This document shows, one piece after another, positions 16,978-31,559 of a stretch of 64,000 nucleotides of DNA. Source of the DNA: Octopus vulgaris (lineage: Eukaryota); assembly GCA_951406725.2 (NCBI GenBank), contig OX597819.1, positions 42,408,001 to 42,472,000 on the forward strand. Direction: 5' to 3'. The position numbers were made by a program, and so were the translations under genes. Numbering within the stretch: position 1 is the first letter of the stretch; each line of letters opens with the position of its first letter. The notes under the pieces were generated by a model, which was not told where the DNA came from, made no database searches, and worked only from the letters and a program-made list of their open reading frames with translations.

Positions 16978-17783
16978 CTAGCAGCATAGCCCGGCGTTGC
17001 CCGGGTATGTAAGAGGCCCTAGTAGGCAACGACTAATCCCAATCTAGTCCTTTCCCTCTAGGGAACGAAGGCGCATGTGTAGGTTGTAATGTCTTCTCTT
17101 CACTCCCAAATAACTATCAAACAGCTATCGATAATTCAACCCAACCAATTCCTACCAGGAAGAAATTACATTCGAGACTTTACCCCCAACACCGCCACTT
17201 CTGCTAATAGCTGCTGCAGCCGCAAGTTATTCGAATACTTTTTTGTTTAAAATTTCTTTATAACTACCACCCCAAACGTTTTACCTTAAATTTTTGACGT
17301 ACCCTAAGGGTCCTCAGACGCTACTTGCAAACTCTTGGTTTATTATAAACCGCTTTTGTCGTGTGCATCAAAAAACCTTTTCCATTCGTTTGTTCAGTTA
17401 GGTCACTTTTGACTTTTTCGTTGTTGTCACTCACATTGCTGCCCGCTTTTTTGCCGTTTTTGTACATTTTTATACATTTTGGGATACTTACCCCACGTGG
17501 TCCGAAAGTTAAAAAGGTCGAGTTGCGTCCCCTAGACAGTCTGTAGAAAACGTGTTGCAAATAAAAAGCTTAGATTCTCGACCCATGTCGAATTTATCGA
17601 TTTTTTTTCAGAACTGGGGGAACTTTTCAAAATTTTCGCTGCGTTAGTTTTGAATTATGACATTGGGCTATGTGTGCGTCAAGTTTCATCAGAATAGGTT
17701 GAAAGCCGTGGTCAGGGTGAGGGTACAACCTGACAGACACACAGACACACACACAGACAAACTGCCGTTTATATATAGAGAGA
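16978..17783 (-). mobile_element. non-autonomous Helitron
   Basis: Minus strand starts TC(tctctatatataaacggcag), ends with hairpin cccgg-gcaacg-ccggg and CTAG, inserted between A and T; shares sequence with 50225-50608. Confidence 0.85.
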
Positions 17784-18044
17784 TATAGATTAACGCATTT
17801 GCTTATACTTATATTCATTAAATTGAGAGTTCTTTTAGTGAGCATGTGCATATAATTTGTAGTAGGAGATGGTGTCTGACTATGTTTGATTTATTTGATG
17901 GTAGCGAATGTAGTGATGGTTGGGGTACGGGAGTCAAACATTTGCACACACACAAATTTATGACCAAAATATTAAGAAGACAAAGTGAATACAAAGTGCG
18001 TTCATTAGTTTAAGACACAGTAACAGATTAAAGAAATGGAAGTG

Positions 18045-18080
18045 TCTGACGTTTCGAACTCTAGGTTCTTCTTCATAAAG
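18045..18080 (-). ncRNA. degenerate hammerhead ribozyme motif
   Basis: Minus strand aTGAAGA-A-GAAC ctaga GTTC-GAAAC-GTC-aga; C3 mutated to A. Confidence 0.55.
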
Positions 18081-19035
18081 AAGATAGAAGATAGGAGAAG
18101 TGACGAAGAAACAAAGAAAAATTAGTGTTTTGCCTTGTCATACTAATAGCTTATTTCTTCAAACCACTGATCTCTGGAACTTACTATCATCCTTTTGTTT
18201 TCCTTTGGTCTATGATATTCAGTTCTTTAAACTTCCTCTCAATCGATATCTTTTCAATTTGTGGGCTCCTTTTTTCCATTTTTGTGGTCTCTTACTCTGC
18301 AGTGGAGACGGGCCTTGTTTGGGGAAACATCGCGCAAAAATATTATTTTCCCTTTTAATATTATACAACTTCACTTTGGAAAGGGTTTCTGTAAGGTATT
18401 TTATTTTTGAAATGATCACTGGTGTTAACTGAGAGAAAGCAGTAGATATATGTTAAGTTAGCATCGAGATTTCATCACATTTTTTCTTACCAAAACTTTG
18501 GTAAAAAGAAAAGAATTATATTAAATATCGCTTCAATCATGTACTTATAATTTGACTGTGGTTTACAAACATAGAATATTTTGTCATGACGTCACATCTA
18601 CAAATATATTTTAGACGGATCAGCAACGACTTCACATAACCATTTACCAAATATTGGCTCCTTTAGGAATCTCTGTCGCTACATTTCGTAGCTCCTCTGT
18701 TCATTAGCGAGAAGAGTAAAAGTAGAAAAAACACAACTTTAAATTGACATTGTTTAAAAGAACAAAAAAAAAGACTATGTTGACAACTTCAATTGCAAAA
18801 TAATTTACTGAAAAAAATTACATCACGTAACAACAAAAAATAACTGGCAAAGATGAATGACCGAGTTTGACGCATTATATTTTTATTAATCATCTCTCTC
18901 TCCCACTGTCTCTCTCCTCTTGTTATATAAGAATAGTAGCTATGCTTCCACTTATGACTTACCAATTTTGTTTGTTGAAATTTGGCCGAAAAATGAAATC
19001 ATAATACATATCTCTCTCTCTCTGTATATATATAT

Positions 19036-19067
<32 letters not shown>

Positions 19068-19094
19068 ATGTATGTATATATATATATATATATA

Positions 19095-19375
<281 letters not shown>

Positions 19376-19693
19376 CTTGCTAAGCCATTACATATGTTCT
19401 CATCCAAGATGGAGGCGAGTATCAACGTCCGATATGGCAGGATTGATAGTTGCTGAGAATTCTTTGCATGAAACCAATGGTAGCCTTTTTAAACCATAAA
19501 TAAATAATATTTATCAATCAATGCGTTGTTGAGCACACATTCTCACTGTTCGATATTAAAGTATGCATTCCTATACGTATGTATGTATGTATGTATGTAT
19601 GTATGTATGTATGTATGTATGTATGTATGTATGTATGCGTATATATATGTATATATATATATATATGTATGTATACATATATATGTTTACATG

Positions 19694-19750
<57 letters not shown>

Positions 19751-19815
19751 ATGTATATATATGTATTTATATGTATCTGTTTATGTATGTATGTGTGTGT
19801 CTGCGAGCGTATGTG

Positions 19816-19906
<91 letters not shown>

Positions 19907-20879
19907 ATGTGAATATGTGTGAATGTGTATGTGTCTATAGCCTTCACATTGAATGAAAGTCACATAAGCACAGCGCTGGCTTATACAAGTTGAAGATCTT
20001 GCCCTGAAACCGATGTCGCGGCTCCTCTGTCTTGGATGATGCAATGGTGCTGTTGAAGTATAAATAAGTCCTGTGTAGTCGTAGAGTGGTTTTAATGATA
20101 TAGAGTTTAATGGTAGTATTGGTGGTGGTGGTGTGGAGTGGGATGAGGTGGTATCGTTGCGGTGTGGAATATTATGGTGGCGTATGGAGTGTGGGATGTG
20201 GTGTGATAGTGGTGACGGTGGTTTTGATGAGATTGGTGTTAGTGTGATGGCCATGGTAATTGTAGTAGTGTGTTGGTGGTTGTGGTTTGTGGTGTTGGTG
20301 ATGTGTATTGATGTAGTATATAATGCTATCTGTGTAGTTAGTGCCATGTAGGTTACACTTTGGAATCAAACTGTGACAAAGGCCTGAATTCTTCCATGCT
20401 CCTTTTGGGGATGTCTTCAGATAGTACCCAACATAGTCTGGTGCGGGGAGTATCATGCATTTGTTGTTGAAGAGTTTGTTTTTTCTTGTATCTTCATGTG
20501 TTTGTTTCTTATTAATGTTTAAAATCGGAGCAACCTTTCTGCCGCACTCTGAATAATTCGGTCACACACGACAAAACGGTTGTGATGGTGTGGGTGAGGA
20601 CCGCAACACTGTGCTACATTCAATCATGTGAGAATTTTTCTATTATACTGAGGCATATTAATCTCAAGATTCTATGGAAGCCCTTAATCATGAAATGGCA
20701 CAGTGACGCCGGGTGCATGTTTGATTATATGAGATTTTGGGGTTCTGCTCTGTTAACGCTGCATTGGAAAATGCTAGAAAAGGGTACTTTATATACGAAA
20801 AAAGCATTACAAGATAAAATTCATTCCAACTTTCAAATTTTTATTGATAAACCGAGCAACCTTTGATCAGAACGGTGTA

Positions 20880-21620
20880 CGGTACTCATCTCTAGTGAAG
20901 TGGCTCACTTTAGTATCGACATTGCAGTTCCTAGTGAAATAAGACTTTGCCAATGAGGGAGAGCTGAGGTCATACATATGCCTTATGACGTTATGCTTAA
21001 AGTTTGCTGGCATGAAGGCAGTCATGGACAAACTGCTGTCCGCAGGCTATATGCTGCTGCGGAACTTTCTGGATAGTATGACTAACGAAAAATTACCTTA
21101 AGTGTTTTTAACAGTGCCACCAGCTTGATGAGCCATGTGTCACCCGACCTTCCCGAAAAATGTTGATCATGCCTATTCTAAGAGACATACGACATTCATC
21201 AGTGGGTGTACGTCCACACTTAAGGCAGGTATGGAAGTTAAAAAGGAATTTCTCTGCATTCTGTTCCAGAATACCGAAGCAAAACAAAATTATCTTGTTA
21301 GGGAACCTCACTGCTAGAATTGATAACAATTCGAACCTTCCGTAAAGCAAATATGGCAAACATCGCATGAATAGGTTTAGCTCAACTTAGTTTCCTAACC
21401 AAAAATGAAGCGCACTACTTATTTATCATAAGAACACAATTCTAATAAACAAGGAAATACAAGAATGGTAGCATCCACCATTGAAGCAGTGGCATATTGT
21501 TGACTGACATTGTGTTAATAATTACAATGATGTGTACCATGATAAGAGACGAGAATTACTGGACGGATCACTGCCTGGTAGGATCTAACAAGGCAGAAGA
21601 GAATTAACACCGAGTCATAG
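20880..21620 (+). pseudogene. RTE-clade LINE APE-endonuclease remnant
   Basis: Degenerate IDIA..SE.R, IILLGNLTARI (LLGDFNARVG-like), W.HP..KQWHI.D and WTDH.LV motifs in order. Confidence 0.7.
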
Positions 21621-22475
21621 AGTCAGATCTAAGATTTAGCAGCATCTGAAGGGTACAGTCTTATCCAACAGCTCGGAATGGCGTATTTGAAAATTTTTTT
21701 AAACGTGCATGGGTGTGAATCGTTGGTGTCTAATCAATGCAAGCGGAGGGAAACCGCCCATGATGGAGCACTGAACTTTGACATTGCACGAACTGACCAT
21801 CTCACTAGTGGACACAAACGTAGAAAGCAAACCGATGAAGCCCAAAATAGTGTTACTTCTCCTGTGAGACAAGAAATACTTGATCTGCAACTAAACATTT
21901 GGATTCTGCAGTGAACCGCTTTCTTTGTTTCCCTTCCATCACCAGAACTTTAAAACAGTTGTTTTGGGTTACTCCATCAAAGCTGATCTCACGTGGTCTT
22001 GGTTTCGTATCGGCTTGCTCCAACACGTTACCGTTCCATTAGTAGTTCTGCCATTGGATCCACTTTGTTTTCCTCTAAGATCTCAGATGCTATATTCCCA
22101 TCTTAACCAGCCTCAATGTCAAGAAATTGCCGACCATTACGAGTGCATAGTGTGTAAAAATGGAGATGTGTAAAGTATTTTGGCGTAAAGTGTATTGTAT
22201 GAGGTTGTGTGTAGAGTGTGTCAGTGATGCCGCGGAGAGGGTGGAGTGCGTAGTTTGCACACAGTCAGTCTTGTTAAAATATTGTTCTGACAGTTGAATG
22301 GAGGCGAAAATAAAACGAGGAGAAAAGAATAGACCCACCCCACCCCGCTACCACTACTATTACTGCAATAACCACCTAACCACCAGCACAACCAACACCA
22401 CCTCCTCCTCTACCACCACCACCACACACCACCACCACCAACAACAACAACAACAACATCAATCCGTCAAGTACT

Positions 22476-22540
<65 letters not shown>

Positions 22541-22690
22541 TAAGATTACAGACGCAATTAAGTCATCTATTACATAACCACCTCACATCTCGTCTTTACA
22601 AATGTCTAAGATCTGATTATTTAGCTTGACTTATGTACATTCAGGGAATTTATATAAGCTTATAAATAAACACACACACACACACATACG

Positions 22691-22721
<31 letters not shown>

Positions 22722-23245
22722 CATATGTATGTATACGTATCTATATATGTATGCATGTTTGTGTGTGTATACATATGTATATGTATGTATATATACATAT
22801 ATATACATATATATACATATATATATACATGCAAATGCATATTAACATGTAAATACATCGTGGATATACATATACATGTATATATGCGCATATGTATGCA
22901 TACCCACACACACATATATACATATATACACGCATACCCATATGTTCGTGCACACACATGTATGATTGTATGCGTTTGTGTGCGTGTGTATACGTCTAAA
23001 ATCTTTCGCACACACACACACACATGTTAGGGCTGCACGTATTTGATATGATTTATCACTCGTAATCTCTTATGTATAATTTAACATTATACCCAAACGT
23101 GCATACATGCATTCAAACATACACACATATATACGTCTGTATAACTTAGAAATAAGAACTGCTGCATATCACATAAATAGCAAATATTTTTGATACGCGC
23201 ACACACATTAGTATACATATATGCATACGTATATATACATACATA

Positions 23246-23327
<82 letters not shown>

Positions 23328-23399
23328 CATAATATACATATATATATACATATATACACACAAACATACATACATTCATACACGTATGTATATATTTAT

Positions 23400-23408
23400 G
23401 TTTGAATG

Positions 23409-23503
<95 letters not shown>

Positions 23504-23639
23504 TCATACATATATGTATATATATATATATGCATACATTCATACATATATATATACATACATATATGCATATATATACATACATTTATACATTCATACA
23601 TATATACATACATACATTCATACATATATATATATATAT

Positions 23640-23701
<62 letters not shown>

Positions 23702-23840
23702 TCATACATATATGTATATATATATATATGCATACATTCATACATATATATATACATACATATATGCATATATATACATACATTTATACATTCATACATA
23801 TATACATACATACATTCATACATATATATATATATATATA

Positions 23841-23903
<63 letters not shown>

Positions 23904-24016
23904 TCATACATATATGTATATATATATATGCATACATTCATACATATATATATACATACATATGTGCATATATATACATACATTTATACATTCATACATA
24001 TATACATACATACATT

Positions 24017-24060
<44 letters not shown>
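23400..24060. repeat. higher-order tandem repeat (~198-bp unit, ~3 copies) built of TA/TACA microsatellites
   Basis: The landmark catacatttatacattcatac recurs at ~198-bp spacing. Confidence 0.8.
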
Positions 24061-24061
<1 letters not shown>

Positions 24062-24374
24062 TATGAGTGTGGGGTGTGTGGGTGTATGTATGTATGTTTG
24101 TATGTATGTATGTATGTAAGCATATGCATATATTCGTAGACACATACATACACAGGCAGACATGCCAACATGTATACCTCCGTACATGTATGAACACACT
24201 TTTATAGGAAGACTGACACATTCTCAAGAGATCTAATTAATATGGCGCCACACTAGGCCCATTCACGAAGTTTGATTTGTATTTCTCTGAATTTACGCCG
24301 ATTTTTCATTCACTTTTTGCATGCCTATGTACATGCATACATTATCACTCCGACCATATCGTTATACTTGTGTG

Positions 24375-24413
<39 letters not shown>

Positions 24414-25203
24414 ATGTATGTATGTATGTATGTATGTATATATAAAGACAATGATATAGAGCAGGGGAACACGTTACGCGATGGAGATGATGAGAAATCT
24501 CAAGTTTCATGTAGAACCCTCTTTTATGGAGAAAGGGAGAGATAGTGATAGAGAGGAAGAAGAGAATGAAAGATAGATAGATAGAGAGAAAGAGATAGAG
24601 AGGAAGGGAGGGAGAGAGAGAGGGATGGAGGAGTGAGAGATTTATTACACTTCTCTTCTTCGTGGCATAATAGTCATTCCACTGTCTACATTATTTGTGT
24701 ATGTTTACAATACCGATACAGAGAGGCCATTACTAGTTATCCGGATGCCCACACACACAGACCACCACTTATTGGATTCTACCACTTTATCTTGTAATCA
24801 AGCAGGAAGGCAGTACTTTTGTGACCCGTTTAAAGGGTCTTGAAGACTAGTGGGAAGGAGGGAGATGTCTTCAAACCGGAAATCTGGTCCGAATGCTTGC
24901 AACAAAATTGATTCCTCAAAAGATACCCCCAAATGCTAGTCGGTGGTGGTTAAACTGGGTCGTGTATTTTCCTCCTCCTCCTCCTCCTCTTTGTCGTCGT
25001 CCTCGCCGTAGTCATCATTATTATTAATGCGTCGTAAGCAAGCATCTGGTATTAAACCAGTTCTGACTCCACGTACAAAGACGTCCAAAAGATATTCAAA
25101 CGGTTGCATCACAATCTTGTCTCTTTTCGAAAAAATATAGACACAGTTCTTCATATCTACTAACCACTCTCTAGTCTTGGAGAATATGCATCTGTAAAGA
25201 CTA

Positions 25204-26496
25204 CGAGGGACGCTCAATAAGTAATGCCCTTGACCCACTTGCAATTGTTTGATCTAGCTGAAATTTTGCATGTGCAATTATTCATATCTCTACAGATTAA
25301 GTAGTAAATTACAGCTCTGTACTAATTGTGGTTTCCGATTTACAGGTGTTTGAACTGAGTCAAGTGTGAAATGGAGCCTGTTGAGTGTCGAGCAGTGATC
25401 CAGTTTTTGTATTTGAAAGAACGCACACCACGGGAATCTTTTGATGAAATGAAAGTAACTTTTGGTGATGATGCCCCATCATATGACCTTGTAAAACGCT
25501 GGCATCATGAATTCAAACATGGTCGGAACTCTGTGGAAACAGCTCCCAGATCTGGTCGCCTCCCTTCTGCCATTGATGAGGCATTTGTTCGTCAAGTTGA
25601 GGCTGCCATTTTGGAAGATCGTCGCATAACTATTCGCCAAATAGCCTATGAGGTCAAGATTAGTACCGGGTCTGTGGAAACTATCATTCATGACCATTTG
25701 CATATGCAAAAGGTGTCTGCCAGATGGATTCCCAGGTTGCTCACACCTTTCCAGAAGCAAGAACGCGTCGAGTGCTCGAGGATGAATTTGGAGATGTGCC
25801 AAGAAGATGAGTCAAAATTTTTCAAAAGACTAATTACACAGGATGAAACCTGGATCCATCACTATGATCCATAGACCAAAGCCCAGTCAATGCAGTGGAA
25901 GCACCGTGACTCACCTCCTCCAAAGAAGGCAAGGGTGCAGCCCTCCGCTGGCAAGGTCATGCTCACAGTCTTCTGGGACCAGGACGGAGTCGTGATGACA
26001 GATTTTCTGGCAAAGGGTACCACAATTACAGGAGCCTATTATGCTTCACTTTTGAGGAAATTAAGAGAAGCTATCAAAATCAAAAGGCGGGGCAAGATCA
26101 GCAAAGGCATCCTCCTCCCTCAGGACAACGCTCCGGTGCACAACTCGTGTGTAGCCAGATCAGAAGCACAGGCGTGCGGCTATGAACTCCTCCCCCATCC
26201 CCCCTACTCTCCTGACCTTGCACCCTCTGATTTTCACCTCTTCCCAGCCATGAAGTTGTTTTTGAAAGGAAAGCGTTTCCCAGATGATGCAGCCTTGATT
26301 TCTGAAGTCACGTCGTGGTTGGAGGACCAAGCTGGGGTCTTCTACAAATACGGTCTCCAGAGCTGCATCAAACGATGGGAGAAATGCGTAACTCTGGGTG
26401 CTTCTTATGTAGAAAAGGACTAATAACTGTGCCAAGTGTCGTTGCTCTACTGTTATGGGAAGTGCGTCAGGGGCATTACTTATTGAATGCCCCTCG
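25204..26496 (+). mobile_element. mariner DD34D DNA transposon, copy 2 (transposase 25371-26423 with a single premature TAG)
   Basis: TIRs and TA TSD as in copy 1; ORFs 25371-25874 and 25890-26423 are in frame; YSPDLAPSD intact, 34 residues between 2nd and 3rd D. Confidence 0.97.
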
Positions 26497-26603
26497 TAAC
26501 GCTGATTAATTTCTATGGCAATCCATTTACATAACACCTAAAACTGGAGCCCCAAAACTTGCGTAGCTCTTCCAGAATCAGAAAATATTTTTCTGATTTT
26601 CTA

Positions 26604-27169
26604 TTAGGTTGTTCGGAAAGTTCATGCCTATTTATAGTAGCTTACCTTTCGACTTATTTTAGAACATGATTGTGTCCATAAAATAGGATTTGACTACACC
26701 TCCATTTAGAGCACAGTTTAAGCTATCTTTTCGTGGAAGAAGGTTTATGTTCCTACAACCTGTGTTAATTCTGTAAACCTTTAAAATGGAAGATAAAAAA
26801 GTTCACTTTCGGCACTTGATGCCTTGGGAACCAGACAAAAATTGCTGCAGCTCGCCTGGGGTGTGTTACCCCACCCTCCATATTCACCAGATATTGCTCC
26901 TTCGGATTTCCACTTATTCAGGTCTCTGCAGAATAGTCTTAATGGTAAAAATTTCAATTCCTTGGATGACATAAAAAGATACCTTGATGAATTCTTTGCC
27001 ATGAAATCACCTCAGTTCTGAGAAGAGGGCATTTTCAAGTTAAAGGAAAGATGGAGGCGCATTGTGCAACAAAATGGTTCATATTTGGTTGATTAAAAAT
27101 GTAATGGCAAGTATTTATTGACCTTTTTCTTTCCTTTAAATATCGGCACGAACTTTCCGGACAACCCAA
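26604..27169 (+). mobile_element. internally deleted mariner (second family)
   Basis: TIRs ttaggttgttcggaaagttc / gaactttccggacaacccaa, TA TSD; residual LPHPPYSPDIAPSDFHLFRSL. Confidence 0.9.
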
Positions 27170-27940
27170 TACAAAGCTCAAATCAGCCCAAAAATAAAGC
27201 ATGAAGTTTGACTCAAATAAGGACCGTGTGACGGTTACATCCCAATCCTTCAGAGTTTATATCCAAAACAAGGCAAACTGACTGGCTGCTGTATACATCA
27301 TGGACACACAATAACTTGTTATTCACGACACACTGTGTCTTCTCTCTTCTTGATGTATAGCTATTACAACAGCCTCTGCTTCTCTGGACTAGTTAACTGT
27401 ATAGCACCTCCACCCGAACACACCAACGCTTTCGTCTCTCCTACCGTGACTGACCAAAGCACTAAATTATACACGCAATCAAGCTCTCCCCAAAAAATCA
27501 ATTCTATTATTTCCATCGCACCCACGTTTCTCTTGCAGACGACGGCAACGACGACGACTTAGCCCATGTATTAGAGGAGATGAACTGAATATTAACCGTA
27601 CACCATATTATCTCTGACCCAGTCTGGGGAGCGGAGAGGGCATGTGGGGTTCATAATCAGTTCCTTTTCTTCCAGGTTATATATACGCACGTACACGCAC
27701 AAAAATGTACGCACACACAAAACGCACTCACACTATCTATCTATCTACCTACTCACCTATCTACATATATAACTATCTGTCTGTCTGTCTGTCTGTCTAT
27801 CTGTCTGTGAGTGTGTTTATCTATCTATCTACCTACCTAGCTATCTATCTGTCTCTTTATTTGTCTGTGTGTCTGTCTGTCAGTATGTTTATCTACCTAC
27901 CTACCTACATCATACCTACCTAAATACCTATCTATTTATC

Positions 27941-27979
<39 letters not shown>

Positions 27980-28739
27980 GCATATATATATATATATATA
28001 CATGCATACCTACCTATCTATCTATCTATATTATAGATATATATTGTTTGAATAAAACCAGTTTTTTTATTTATAAACATAAAAATAAAACTACAAAATC
28101 TTTTTGCACAACAGTTTTACTGCATAAATTTTGTATGTTTCTCACAAGGTGACTTTTACGCACACATACACACACATTCGCATACACACATACGCACACA
28201 GACATACACAGATGTATATCCGACAGACTTTCATACAGTTTCCGTCTACCAAATCCACTTACAAGTTATTAGTATGAAAAGGGCCAAGGGCCCGGGAACA
28301 GGGGGTGCAGCGGGTGCACTTGCACCCTTGGAATTTTCAGGTGGTGCAAGATCAAAATTTGCAGCCCATACATAATTTTACCAGTTTCAGAAAATAGTGT
28401 CTAAAAAATTATCTGTATAAGATGCTTGAAGCTAGATTTCTTTTCAAAGCAAAATCAAAGAACAAAAATAAATAAATAAAAGTGATGAAGCTGAGCTTAA
28501 AATTCCCATGGGAATTTATGACTAACCAACTTCTGAAGCAAAGTAGCGTCAAAATAAAAAGTATGTGACAACAACAGTAGCAGCAAACAACAAGAACAAC
28601 AACATGACCAGCATCTACGGCTACTCTTCAATACATGGCATTACTTGGATTCTTGAAAACAGCTCTATTCTAACAAAAATAACTCCAAAATCTTGCACTG
28701 CTGAAAATGTGTGAAGGTTCTTGTCCTCTCTCAGTCTGG

Positions 28740-29930
28740 TCCGAGGATTTTATAACTTCCTGAAATTTGGTCGAAAACTGCCTGGGAAGTTCCGAGGATT
28801 TCCTAACATCGTGGAACTTTGGTCGAAAACTTCATGGGACGTTCCGAGGATTTTCTAACTTCCTGGTAATTTGGTCGAAAACTTCCTGGTAAGTTCCGAT
28901 GATTTTCTAACATCCGGCAAATTTGGTCGAAAACTTCCTAGGAAGTTCCGAGGGTTTCCTAACTTCCGAGACCTTTGGTCGAAAATTTCATGGGAAGTTC
29001 CGAGGATTTTCTAACTTACTGAAAATTTGGTGGAAAAGTTTCTAGAAAGTTTCGAAGATTTTCTAACTTCCGGGAAATTTGGTCGAAAACTTCCTGGGAA
29101 GTTCCGAGGAATTATAACTTCCGATAAATTTGGATGAAAACTTCCTGGGAAGTTCCGAGGATTTTATAACTTCCGGAAGTTCGGTCGAAACTTCCCGGGA
29201 AGTTCCGAGGATTTCTAACTTCCGGGAAATTTGTTCGAAAAATTCCTGGAAAGTTCCGACCATTTTCTAACTTCCGGGAAAATTGGTCGAAAACTTCTTG
29301 GGAAGTTCCGAGGATTTTCTCACTTCCGGGAAATTTGGTCGTAAATTTCCTGGAAAGTTCCGCACATTTTCTAACTTCCTGGTAATTTGGTTGAAAACTT
29401 CCTGGGAAGTTCCGAGGATTTTCGAACTTCCGAGAAATTTGGTCGGAAAATTCCTGGAAAGTTCCGATGATTTTTATCTTCCGGGAAGTTTGGTCGAAAA
29501 CTTCCTGGGAAGTTCCGGGGGGTTTCTAACTTCCAGGAAATTTGGTTGAAAACTTCTTGGGAAGTTCCGAGGATTTTCTAACTCCCGGGAAATTTGGTCG
29601 GAAATTTCCTGGAAAGTTCTGCAGATTTTCTATCTTCCGGGAAGTTTGGTCGAAACTCCTGTGAAGTTCCGAGGATTTTCTAACTTCCATGAAATTTGGT
29701 TGAAAACTTCCTGGGAAGTTCCGCGGATTTTCTCACTTCCTGGAAATTTGGTCAAAATCTTCCTGGGAAGTTCCGATGATGTTCTAACTTCCGGGATCTT
29801 TGATCGAAAACTTCCTGGGAAGTTCCGTGGAATTTCTTACTTCCGGGAACTTTGGTCGAAAACTTCCTGGAAAGTTCCGAGGATTTTCTAACTTCCGTGA
29901 AATTTGGTCGAAAACGTCCTGGGAAGTTCA
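28740..29930. repeat. 52-bp satellite, ~23 copies
   Basis: Unit aacttccgggaaatttggtcgaaaacttcctgggaagttccgaggattttct. Confidence 0.95.
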
Positions 29931-29934
29931 GTGT

Positions 29935-30730
29935 TGAAATATGCAGATGATACCAAGCTGTACCTTGAAATAAAAAGAACAGATCCTATCCTGCAATCAT
30001 ATCTGGATACAATGCAGTAGTGGACTGGCATCTCAAGCTATCTGTAGACAAGTGTGTCACCATGCATTTTGGGTGGAAAAATCCAGCTTTTATATACTCC
30101 CTCAGCAACACCAATCTCAAGAAGTCTTCTGGTGAACATGTTCTGGGTATTATTGTAAACAACAATCTGCATTGGACAAACCATATATCTAAGATTGTCA
30201 AAAAGGCTGTGGTGGTGCTAGCATCTCTCAGTAAGACCTTTGTCAGCCACTCTCCAATTATCTATTTAAAATTGTATACAACAATGGTATGTCCACACTT
30301 GGTATTTGCATCACCAGTCTCGAACCCCTCTCTTTCTGAGCATATAAATCTCCTGGAAACTGTTCAGAAATGTGCAACAAAGCGAATACCCACCGTCAGA
30401 CATCTACCATACTCTGAACGTCTTACATTCCTGGGCATGGATACATTGAAGCCCAGACGTCTGGCAACTGACTTGATTGACACCCACAAGATTATCCACC
30501 ATATTTCCAGCAACAACTTTGGGTAACTTTTTGAATTCCATATGACAATCACTCACGGACATGCTTATAAAATCAAAAAACAACACAGCACCCATGACTT
30601 TCGGAAACAATTTTTCATGCTCAGAATTGCAGAAGCATGGAATAAACCACCTGCATCAGTTGTTAGCTGTCAATACAATAAATCCTTCAAAACTTCCATG
30701 TGTCCTGAAATCCGCCAACAGTACACCTGA
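29935..30730 (+). pseudogene. CR1/L2-group LINE 3' RT fragment
   Basis: YADDTKLY, W.LKLSVDKC..MHFG, LGIIV..NL.W..HI..IVKKA, LETVQK.ATK, FF..RI..AWN motifs. Confidence 0.9.
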
Positions 30731-30834
30731 TGGCCATTTTTTCTTTTTAGTTGTAGTGCACCTGAGCACAGTATACAACAATTTCCTTTATCATTATATA
30801 TGTGTGTGTGTTGACTTTCTGTGCAACATTTTAT

Positions 30835-31100
30835 GCAGTGTTTCGTTTGCCACTACGTTCGGAGTTCAAATTCCGCCGAGGTCGATTTTGCCTTTCATCC
30901 TTTCGGGGGTCGATTAAATAAGTACCAGTCACGCACTGGAGTCGATATAATCGACTTAATCCGTTTGTCTGTCCTTGTTTGTCCTCTCTGTGTTTAGCCC
31001 CTTGTGGGTAGTAAAGAAATAGGCATTTCGTCTGCTGCTTCGTTCTAAGTTCAAATTCTGCTGAGGTCGACTTTGCCTTTCGAGGTCGATAAATTAAGGA
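30835..31100 (+). mobile_element. SINE family A
   Basis: Core matches other copies. Confidence 0.75.
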
Positions 31101-31237
31101 CAGTGCGACCCAAGCACTGCAACTACTAATGGAAGTGTGTGGACAGTAAGAGGAACTGTGTTAGAAAATGAACTTCATTTGGTCACATTCCATTGAGAAG
31201 GTCTTGCTCAGATTATGAACATTTCAGTGGACCCTCA
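31100..31237 (+). mobile_element. mariner 3' end fragment (related to 56890-58079)
   Basis: aatggaagtgtgtg...catttggtcacattcc...tatgaac resembles 57968-58065. Confidence 0.6.
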
Positions 31238-31559
31238 TAATAATAATAATTATTATACCTGCATTTGTTTTAATGTTAACATTGGAAAAATCACATTTTT
31301 CATTAAAAAATTAGGACCTGGGTTTGTACCCCCTTAAGAAATTTTGTTGCTGGGCCACTGAAAAGGGCTATAATAAAAGGATACTTGGCAAATGTTCTAC
31401 ACAATGGGATCGAACCCGAAATTACGTGGATGCGAAGTGAGTTTCTTAAATCCAGTGATAAAACCCGAGGTAAAGGGAGATCGAAATCGCCATCTTATGA
31501 TTGTAAATTCAACTTGTTTACCAATCGGCCATGCCGGCGTCTAACAAGCACACAGACGC

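Larger units (their letters stand above)
28285..31360. mobile_element. non-autonomous hAT-like element with 8-bp TSD aaaagggc, inserted in a family B SINE
   Basis: TSD at 28277-28284 and 31361-31368; TIR caagggcccgggaaca vs cagtggcccagcaaca (12/16); the SINE continues seamlessly across the insertion. Confidence 0.8.

Noticed and set aside
28740-29930. CRISPR-like array (palindromic repeats)
   Set aside because: No unique spacers, units are head to tail, eukaryotic context, no cas genes.
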